Source: Zygnema circumcarinatum SAG 698-1b
Taxonomy: Eukaryota; Plantae; Zygnematophyceae
DNA length: 64,000 nucleotides
Assembly (NCBI GenBank): GCA_037447605.1
Contig: CM074814.1
Span: forward strand, 2,666,001 to 2,730,000
Direction of reading: 5' to 3'
A program made the position numbers and the translations under genes. Shown here piece after piece: positions 54,180 to 64,000 of the stretch (the stretch's first letter is position 1; each line of letters opens with the position of its first letter). The notes under the pieces were generated by a model, which saw nothing but the letters and a program-made list of their open reading frames with translations, did no database searches and had not been told where the DNA came from.

Positions 54180-57100
54180 TCACAGCTGCACCGTGAAGCA
54201 CTGATCCGGACTGGGGCTATCATGATCCCTCCTCGCGAGGAAGGTCCTCCCATCATTCATCACCGCCCAGAGGCTGCACTTCCAGAGCGCTACCCCCTTC
54301 CTGTCCCTCCAAATCAACTTCCCCATCTCTGCCGGAGCAGCGCAGTCCCTCCTCACGCACCTCACTACCTCTCTGTCCGGCTCCATGTTGTTGGGCTCCG
54401 CCACACAGCCCAAAGCCACATACCCGGCAGGGGGGCGGGGCATCCACACAGTAACGGGAGTCTTGGCTCCGCCATCAGCATCTCGCCAGATCTGGAAAGG
54501 AGGGGGGGTGGGGAGGGGGGGGGGGGGGNNNNNNNNNNCAACAACAAAGGACTTCAACGTGTGAGGTTTTGGGGGTTCGAGATTATGAAGGTTCCGAGGT
54601 TTGAGGATCCAAAGGTTTTCAAGGATTCATCAGACATGCGTGAGTTGTATGATTAGGCATCGTCTTGTGTTAATTGGTGTTGAGTCTCTCTGCCTGTCGG
54701 TGAAATCTTTCCCCACTTCCCTCAAACACCACCTTTCCTTTATTTGGGAAAACAAGAAAAGGAATCTCTCTCTCTCTCTCACCAGGTTGAAGCCCTCTGG
54801 AGGAGCAAACTTCCCATTGCCGTCATCGCGGTACACCATCGCCTTCTCTGGTTGGTCGTATCCGGCTATAGCCAAATCGCCCACTGACACGAACCTGATA
54901 CCCTCCAATAAGCAACTCGCGTGTTAAGACAAGGGAGCAGAAGGGAGAGTGGGAGAGGGAGCGCCAAGGGAAGCGGGACGGAGAGGGGGAAGGGGGGAGG
55001 GAAAGAGAGAGGAAGGGAGAGGGATAGTAGGGGAAGGGGGACCGGAAGGGGGACGGGAAGGAGGACCGAAAGGAGAGACCAGAACGTGAGGGTGAGGAGA
55101 AGAGAATGTTAGGGGGGGGAGGGGGGGGGAAGCGAGGTACAGAGAGACATTAGTCAAAGGTAGAGGAGGAAGGGAAGGTGGAAAGTGAGGGCAAAAGACT
55201 TAAGAGGCTGAAGGGAGACCGAGAGGAGGACGAAGCGAGGGAAAATGATATAGGTTGGGAGTACAAGGAAAGTAGAGGGCGAGAAAAGGAGAGGTGCTGC
55301 AGCTTTTTGCAATAAGCCTGTTAAGTTGACAAAACAAAATTTGAGAAGAAGCACACTAAATCACTTTTTTGTTCCATACATACAGACCGATCATGACTGT
55401 GTCCATGAGCATGCAAAGGTTGTGAGCATACCCGGGGGGAGGAACAGGTCTCCAGATAGACACAGGATACTTTTGGCTCCAAAGGGCCCCCTGCAGCACA
55501 AACCCACAGAAATCTGCAATTTAGCTCATGAAAAAGTCCATCAATCGCAGCAAAAAAGCCTAATACCCTCTCCCTCCCTTTCCCCACCAGTTTCTGACAA
55601 CCCTAAAACTCCAATACACAGTTCAACATGAACTCTGCCACTCACCTTATCCCACCACACACGTTTGAATGACCGAATGATTTGCCCTGCTTGCTCGTAA
55701 GAGCCCTTCTTCGATGTCGCCATTGTTGGTGAACGCCGAGAGCTTTGAGCTCTCTCAGAGCTGCTGGCCATGGCTGCTTGATTTCTGGGAACCTCCTCAC
55801 TCTCTGATTCAAGCATGACCTGCCCCGCCCCTCCCACTATGGCCCCAAATGTGGCCATGACGGGGATGACTATGGGGGCGGCTGGGAAGGCCAGTAGGCC
55901 CAAAGCAGCCCCTGAAGCTGCGCCTGCTCCGGCTCCTGTATATGGCCGACTTTCAGCTCTCCTTGACTTCATCTGCATTGCCAAGGTAGGAGGAGAGGAG
56001 GATAGGAGCGGAGGAGAGGAGAGGAAGAGAGGAGAGAGGGGGGAGAGGAGGACGAGAGGAGTGACGGAGATGGGGAGAGGAGCAGACGGGAGGAAGAGAG
56101 GAGGAGAGGAGAGGAAGAACAGCGAGGGGGAGAGGACGAGAGAAGTGAGGGAGATGGGGAGAGGAGCAGAGGGGAGGAAGAGAGGGGGAGAGGAGAGGAA
56201 GAACAGCGAGGGGGAGAGGACGAGAGGAGAGACGGAGATGGGGAGAGGAGCAGAGGGGAGGGAGAGAGGAGGAGAGGAGAGGAAGAACAGCGAGGGGGAG
56301 AGGACGAGAGGAGTGACGGAGATGGGGAGAGGAGCAGAGGGGAGGAAGAGAGGAGGAGAGGAGAGGAAGAACAGCGAGGGGGAGAGGACGAGAGGAGTGA
56401 GGGAGATGGGGAGAGGAGGAGAGGGGAGGAAGAGAGGAGGAGAGGAGAGGAAGGACAGCGAGGGGGAGAGGACGAGAGGAGTGACGGAGATGGGGAGAGG
56501 AGGAGAGGGGAGGAAGAGAGGAGGAGAGGAGAGGAAGGACAGCGAGGGGGAGAGGACGAGAGGAGTGACGGAGATGGGGAGAGGAGCAGAGGGGAGGAAG
56601 AGAGGAGAGGAGGAGGAGAGGGGAGGGGGAGGCGGAGAGTGAGAGAGGAGGAAAGGAGGACAACGGGATGAGTGACGAAGTTCAGAACATTTATCGCACT
56701 AACTAACTTAAAAAAGTCACTTAAAAAAACCAAAAACAACAAGGTAGCAAAACTCACCAGCGCAGCCACAGTCGCCCGATCCGGTCCGTACTTGCTTTGA
56801 GCCAACTGTACTGCCTCTTGAATTTCTGTTGCCTGCGTTGTTCCTGGATGACACTGAACCATCCGCATTATTTTCTTTGTATCGAAGAGACGACTATCTT
56901 GCGACCACTCGCGGAGATGTAGCATCAAACGAGAAGGTGGGGATGAAGGGGGGTCTTCTTTGCCAGACTTGAGCTCCGTAGCCATCAGCTCATCCCATGA
57001 AATATCCCACATGATGCTGCAAGGCTCCTTCAGAAGGTCAGGTCGCTTCCCCGCAATGCCGCCGGAAGGATGCTGCATACAACATGCTCGCATTTGCATG

Positions 57101-60100
57101 AAGTATCAGAGGGTGTGAAGACTTTTTGGGGAGCATTTTGGGGTTTGGGTTTTGAAGAGCATTTTGGGGTTTGAGGGTCTTGATTTTTGGGTTTTTAGGG
57201 CTAAACAGTCTCGAAGTAGAATTGTGTCTCATTTCCCAAACTGGCGATGGGATATTTTCGTCATTTCTAAAGAAGGAGAACATAGTTCATGCATTTTTTA
57301 GGCGAAGGACGTTTCAATAGACCAGATAAGGGAGGGGAGAGGACTATTGGGAAGTGAACGACACTCAGGGAAGTGTGTGTGCGAGATCCCTTCCAGCCAG
57401 CCATCTATTGATGATGGCAGGATGCACACACGCATGCATGCATGCATGCATGCATGGCATGTGCATGCATGTGAGCTCACCAGGGTCTCGATTCCCTCCT
57501 GTCCACCCAGACCTTCTGCATGACCTTTGTCAAAAACTTCAGCTTGAAGCTCCTCAGACACCTGCAATAGGTGGCCAGGAGAAGGTTTGCTCCCAGGCAG
57601 ACCTGACTAAGCAGAGAGAGAGGAAGCACTCCCTCCTTGCAGACGCGAGAACATACTTCAGATTCTCGTAATGAGGTTTCCCCACTTTTACGACTTTCAA
57701 TCTTGAAGGTCCTTTGTTTGGTTCTTTCGTTTTGAACTCTTGGTTTTTCTAAGAGTTTTAAGTGAGCTGAGAGCTGACCTGAAGCAGCATGCACCGCTGA
57801 TTGGTAATCATGAAGGTCCGCTTCCCAGGAAGATTGAAATGAGTTTCATATGCGTCTGACAGGGCATACTTCGATCGTTCCTTAATGTCGAATGGACTTG
57901 CTCCAAACAACGCACCACGCTCTGCCAGCTGAAGAATGATCTGCTCTCCGACAAACATTCGTTGCCATCGGTAAGAATGCTTGCAAGGAGAGAAAAAACC
58001 ACCAGTCTATTTGGAGCTTCGCGTAAGCAGCTCTTCAAAGGTGGCCAAGCAATTCTCAAGTAATTACCCACTCCCTTCAGGAAGATACTAGATACTACTT
58101 CCCTTCACTTCTCAGTACTTATTATTCTACAAGTCGTAGACTCGAAAATAGCACAGAGAAGCACTGTATAGCCACAGACTTACCTGTCCTCTTGCAGCAT
58201 ACTCATCAAATGGCTTCAAAATGTTGTCCCCTCCCACAGCCCGAGGCAGCCTATTTCGCTTTAATGCCGCTTTTGCAGAAATCGCTGCTGAGAGTTTCAT
58301 GCGACTTGCGTTCACTCCATCGGCAGTCTTTCCGACGAAGTCCAAAACTCCACTTACTGGCTGAGCTGCCACTCCCACAATACCTTTCCCCACACCTGAC
58401 ATAAACCCTTCTACTCCGGATTCCTGAGCCCCTTCAACAGGTTTTGTGAGAATGCCCGTGAACCCTCTAAACAGTCCCTTCGCCAAGGCTTCTCCACCTT
58501 CACGTAAACCGTCTCCAAATCCTTCAATGGTGCCTTTGCTTTCCTGCATTCGCAGATAAGGAGGAGCAGGACATGCTGAGAGACATGTTGATCTCTGATC
58601 TCTACCTTTGAACAATAGACAAGAAGTAGAACATGAGAATGATCATGAGAATAATCTCAACAAAAGGAAAGGAATGTGGAAGGAAAGGAAACAGAAAGAT
58701 AAGGAAAGGAAAGGAATGTGCCACACACTCCTTTCCATTACGCAACAAACTAATTATCTATGATGCCTTAATACATGAAAGGGAGTAGTTTGAGTCACCT
58801 GTGTTTGGCGACTGCGAATGAAGGCCTTATCCATTGAGAGAGCTGCCACTCCTTCGCTAAAATTCCCCAAAGCTGAGCTTGCATTGCCCAAAAAGTCGAG
58901 CCCTGATAGCAACTGGAATGGCTGACTAAGGAGATCATGGCTGATCGCAGAGGCAGCAGCTCCACTCACTTGACTCTTTCTCATCTGAATGTCGGTAAAG
59001 ACCTTTTGCTTCAAGTGAATCTGCAACTCCATAAAGCATCAGGCCAAAATTTCAAAATTTCAAAATTTCAGGGTTTGGGTTACCAGCATTTACGTCTGAA
59101 TGGAGGCTTCAATCCCCTGCTAACTTCCTGCAGTATGCAGACTATCACGAGTTTCAAACCCGATAGATAAGCATTCCTTCAAACAGAATGGAACGAGCAA
59201 CACTTACGAGCATCTCGTCGGTATTGCCTAGAGATGTAATGAGGGTTGACCAAAATCCCAAAATTCCGCGAGGGCGCTGGGAAGGAGCCATTGCCAGCGT
59301 CAGCTTTATCCTGCTCTCAGAGATGTTTAGCAACCTGCAACGAATTTTTTGCAGGAATAACAAAATAGTTGGTATGGTATGCAGTTCAAAAACAAAGTTC
59401 TCCATGGAAAAAATCAGACATGCACAATCAGCAATCAAGAACCATCTTTCATAGCCAGGATGAAAGCAGAGAAACGTCGGATGTGGCATTCTCGTTCATT
59501 CGTTTGGGGGCGGGAGGGGGGGAGGTGAATGGTTTTTCATTTTCTAGTTTGATAATTGAAACGGGCAGCTGACAGGAATACTCCTTCACTGCATTAGCTG
59601 AGGCTTCATAAAGCTAACAAGAAGGAGTGTTGGGAGAGAGGGGGGGGAAAGCATGGAAGGGAAATGCGGGAAATGTTGTGGGCTTATACCGAATGGCGAC
59701 TAACGGATCGACCGCCACCGCTGTGGTCTTATTGGAGGACAGTCGGCCCAAATTGAGCCTACCAATCATAGTATGGAATCGCCAAATGATGGGCTCATGA
59801 ATGTTTACAAGCCAAGCTTCACTTGGGAGCTGCAAGAGGAGGAACGCGGAGTTACTTCAGTGCATGCAGGCAAACTTGAACTTAGCACTTTCTTTAACGT
59901 TGAGAGAGTTTGACTTCAACTCCAAGCATGACAGCCCGTCTACTGTGCAGCTCTGAACTTAACCAAAAGCTCTCCCTTCACAATAAACAGGGCTCTAAGC
60001 AAGCCTAGAAGAGTTATTGAGAATGTCTGTTGCATGTAAAGCTTTTTTTCGTATGCAGAGAGGAATAGGTTACACAAGCAACTCGCCTGCAAGCCAATGT

Positions 60101-63100
60101 ATGGATAATTTTCTTCATCAGTCTTGCTCTCACTGGTGATCGTCAGCTTCAAAACATAGTCCTGCCTTGATCCGTTTGCTTCCATTGGTGCAAGCAGGAC
60201 CGGCATGGCTGTTAGGGGCAGCTGGTTATCAATCTGCAAGTGGCCTACTCGTACTTTGATTCTGCAAACCAACTCCACTTCATCAAATAAGATATCCAAC
60301 CAAAATTGAAGAGACTCTAGTTCATGTCAACCACCTGAAGGAACTGGTTGCTCACAGATCACTCTAAGCATCTACAGCTTCCCGGGTCCAAAGCAACACT
60401 ACGAGCATGAAGGAATAGAAGGAAGAAGAAGAATAAGAATAAGAAGAAGAAGAATAAGAATAAGAAGAAGAAGAATATTACCGGCCTGCGTAATGGTCCA
60501 AAAGAGGTGAGTGATTACCTGCTGAGTCCGCTAACATTTGCGTCATAAGCCAAGAAAGCTCCATGCATAGAGATGTAAAGAAGCTCTTCGGGAGTCTGAT
60601 CCACAATGGATATACCAAACTCATCCAGTTCCAAAAGCAAATAAAACTTCTTCTGCGCAGTCACATCTTCCAGCCCTGTTGTGCCGCCCTGCTGCATTGA
60701 ACCTGTCAAATCTCCATTTCCTGGAAGCAGATTGGAGGATGAAGCAGCCCAGTCATCTTGGTCACTACTTGGTCGCCAATCTGAAATTCGTACACACATG
60801 TTTCCTAAGAAGTCTCGTTTGACTACAAAGCGCAGAGCTGCAACAGGTCCTTTGTCAGTATCCTTCGGCTCGTGCTCTGCCTCTTCATCAATATTGAACA
60901 ACTGTGCGGAATTTGGGCCTGCCCCATCAACCATAACTTCTAGCAAATGCTGTTTCTTTATGTCGACCCATGCGAATGGTAATGCGCAGCCGACATTAAG
61001 AAGCTCCCATGCAGAATCGTCGGTGCCGATTTGTCGGAAACGGATAGGCAACACTGACGACCTGTTCTCAATCCTGAAAGAAAGAGAGTGACAGGCAGAG
61101 TGAGGAGACGGAGGGGAAATGGAAAGAAGGGTAGAGAGAAGAGAGAGAGAGAGAGAGAGAGCAGTGGGGCTCACTTGCATGAGCTCGACGTCTCAATCAA
61201 AAGACCATCAAGAGACCTTAATCTGCCATTCAGTAAGCGAAGTAGACAAAGGCGACTTACTTGTAAGGAAGATTTTGTGATCCGAGTCGGAAGAGAACTG
61301 AGAAGCGCGAAACATTGACCCCATTTTGCACATCGGCCCTCAGTGTGACACTTCCCTCACTTTTGGACTTCCGCATGATGACATAAAGGACTCCTTCAAC
61401 ATCTACGCTAAAAGGCCGAGACCATTCGCAGCCATCTATGCGAATCTGCAGAAGAAAGACAATCAGAGCGTAGAGTTTGTGATATTTTTCTTTAACAAAA
61501 AGGGGGAGAGTTCAATGAGGTGCGCAATCTGCCTTTCTTCATTGAAATCTGTGCAAGCTGACAGTAGTGAGTTGTTTAATGTGTTGGCGATCTAACTAGA
61601 AGATGGACCAGCATCAAGAATTTTTTGACAAGCAGGAAGTGTTGATGGACATGAGAAGTCTTGAAGAATTGTAGGGTTCACCTGAAGAAGTTCAGGTTGC
61701 CATTTCGATTCCCAGTAGATGGACCTATCAGGATCAGTGGGTGCAAGCAGATTTTCATGGACTCCGCCCACTTGTCGGATAACCATATTCTGGCCGATGA
61801 GGTTCTTAAATGTGGTATGTGGCTGGAAACGGATCACCTGCATTTTCAGGACAGTCCAAAAAATTCATTGACTCTGTGGTTTACTAAATCAAACAGAACA
61901 TAGCTGCAAATGTTCATTGACACTTTGCTTTCAAGTCAGACCTCTGTTTCTTAGCAATCGAGCTTTCAGTCAAAGTGATTCAACCTTTTTAAGATCAGCC
62001 TCAAAGTAGTTTGCAGAAATGCCTCAAACACTCTTGCTTTAGAATTTCACTGGAGATTTAGAGCACTTGAAAACTCTGATTCCCTCGCATCAAGGAGTGA
62101 GGTAGCTCCTGTTATCAAGCTTCCGTTACAAAGGAGTGAGACAAATACCTTTGTTCTTTCGTAACCAAGAGTGGACATATCCAGCATGACGGAAAGCTTG
62201 ATGTATGACCCATCGTCCTTGTTTATTGCATAAAGCTCCACTCGTTCTATCTGCATTGCATGCGATGGACCCACCAGCTGTCAACAGATTGGCCTCTTCA
62301 AACACTATACTAAAGCAGCCACCTCTCTGAAGAAAGAAATTGAATCACCAATCGAGCGATTGCATGCACCATATAACTTGCCCTATGGCTATATATATAT
62401 ATATATACATATAGCTATAATCTATAGCTTAGCTTTATTAGCATGCATTTCGGACAATCAGAGGACATTCTTAAGTAGTACAGACTGATTCAATAGGGTT
62501 ACAACAAGATCGTAAAAGAACAACTCCAAGTCCGATAAGTCCCAAAACATGAATTTGAATTTGAAGTACATGAGTTAGCTGCCGACTCACCTTATCCTCG
62601 AATGCCTTAAGGGCTATTGCTTTGTCAAATACACCGTCTGGGTTGAGAGCTACAGAGAGCCCAACATTATCCATGCTCGGCAGAGACAACATAACCGGTT
62701 GAGATTTCTCCAAATTCTCTAGAGCTCCAAGGCTACGTATCACTTTGTTAGCAACCGAAGAAGGACCTTCTTTAATTTGGGCCGGCAGCTGTGCCGCATT
62801 TTTTGCAGCCTTTGAAGCTAACTGTAGCCAGAGGCTGTCAGTATTCTGCCCACTGAAAGGTTCAATCTCAGCCAAACGGCAATAGAGGGGTACGGCTGTA
62901 TCATTTAACACCCAGTATGGCACAAACAGGCGGACAATCTTTGCTGACACTTCAGTTGCACCCATATCGTTCTCCAAACTCACTCGTAATCTCCTGCTTT
63001 CACAAAAACAGAGCTTTCAATGCAAGGTTGAATGCTCCATGTATAAGAAACAAGAGGCTGCTTCGCACAAAAAAGGAAAAGAAAAAAGTCCTGTTTCATG

Positions 63101-64000
63101 CAAAATGGATAAGCTCAAAGGGACTTATTCACTACTTGCAGAGCACAGGTATGCGACGAACAGATGTTATACCAACAAGCAAAGAAAACGGATAGCTTCT
63201 GAAACCCAGAAACTTAGGCAGTTATGAAATGATGTAAAGGAGAAGCCCACCTCTTACTGAGAGCATTGGCAATCCAGAAGAAGCCTGGCAAGCTGGCAGC
63301 CCAAGGATCGGAAATGAGAACAGCATCCTGGAACATTTCAAAAGACATGGTTTGTCAGTTGAGACTGCGTCATTTTTTTAAGAGAGATAGCTGCCTTTGC
63401 CTCTCTTTGTCTCACTCCCTCTTCCTCGCCCTCTCTCACCCCACCACAACCCCATCTCCTTCACTCTTAACTTGACTTCCTCACTCCTGATGCAGTCAAG
63501 CCTATCTTGGAGAAAAAAGAAGAGAAAGGAGGCTTCACCTTTTCATGTTTCCATGCGCCCTGTGGTAGCCAGGTCAACATAAGCTGATTCCGAATATCAG
63601 CAGAATAAACATGAACTGCTTCTCCAGCATTCACCAAGGCATGCTGCCTCCGCACAGAACCTGCCCCAATTGGCAATCGAGCAGCTTTTTCCCATACAAT
63701 GCATTCAGACACACATGGAAGACGATTTTCCAACTTGAGCGGTGCCCGCACCGTCAGTCGCCAATCAGTGACAGGACTGTTCATATCACTGTATAGGCGG
63801 GAAGGGTCCGCTTCTATACATAGCCAAAAAGACTCGTGGGCAGAAGAGCATTCCAGAAGCTCCTCCCTTTTCATCACTTCTTTCATTGTCATTAGGTCAG
63901 ATAAGAGAAGCTGCTTTCCTGTGCTACCAACCCCATTGTTCCCCTTAGACTTATTCCCTTGCTCTGAGGCAGGCGGAACTACTTGACTCCATTTATATGC
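54180..64000 (-). CDS. VPS13: VPS13 lipid-transfer protein, plant VPS13M type (3' part: VAB/SHR-BD repeats, VPS13_C, ATG2_C, PH-like, C-terminal Vps62 repeats); runs off the window
   Basis: IVRLFVPYWVLNDT, LAPTDPDRSIYW, FRIENRSSVLPIRFRQ, LQIDNQLPLTAMPVLLAP, LDFLGNASSALGNFSEGVAALSMD, GILTKPVEGAQESGVEGFMSGVGKGIVGVAAQPVSGVLD, VSIWRPVPPPG|FVSVGDL, VTVWMPRPPAGYVALGCVA; stop at 54180. Confidence 0.94.
56040..56610. repeat. 84-bp purine-rich minisatellite, about 7 copies, in a VPS13 intron
   Basis: Unit approximately GAGGACGAGAGGAGTGACGGAGATGGGGAGAGGAGCAGAGGGGAGGAAGAGAGGAGGAGAGGAGAGGAAGAACAGCGAGGGGGA. It shows up as a 28-aa periodicity in ORF 55815-56642. Confidence 0.9.

Noticed and set aside
55815-56663. 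28-aa repeat ORFs on both strands, and CRISPR-like periodicity
   Set aside because: An 84-bp purine minisatellite in a VPS13 intron with no unique spacers, in a eukaryotic context with no cas genes.

Overview
Eukaryotic nuclear DNA with spliceosomal GT-AG introns, long (GA)n/(CT)n tracts, TTTAGGG-like telo-box arrays and ten-N assembly gaps. The gene set (SUVR5, REM-type B3, VPS13M with Vps62 repeats, plant-type tRNAs) indicates a streptophyte. A cyanobacterial-type LarB/CpmA gene suggests a non-flowering lineage, probably a charophyte or zygnematophycean alga (inference). Genes rebuilt by hand from splice sites and reading phase: larB/cpmA (+), SUVR5 (+), tRNA-Thr(AGT), a tandem SET-less SUVR5 paralogue (+), a TLDc/OXR1-like gene (+), a START-domain gene (-), tRNA-Gln(CTG), oligoribonuclease (-), an orphan coiled-coil/Cys-His zinc-cluster locus (-), a B3 transcription factor (+), DUS2 (-) and the 3' part of VPS13 (-). 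Three observations stand out. (1) The B3 gene has two tandem homologous 151-nt exons of identical phase that cannot both be included, the signature of mutually exclusive splicing, and they swap the start of the DNA-binding domain. (2) A duplicated SUVR5 keeps only the PWWP-like N-terminus. (3) An intron-rich eukaryotic LarB/CpmA has no LarC, LarE or LarA in the window. Most ORFs in the supplied track are artefacts of low-complexity repeats. No homology searches were run, so family calls rest on motif recognition.
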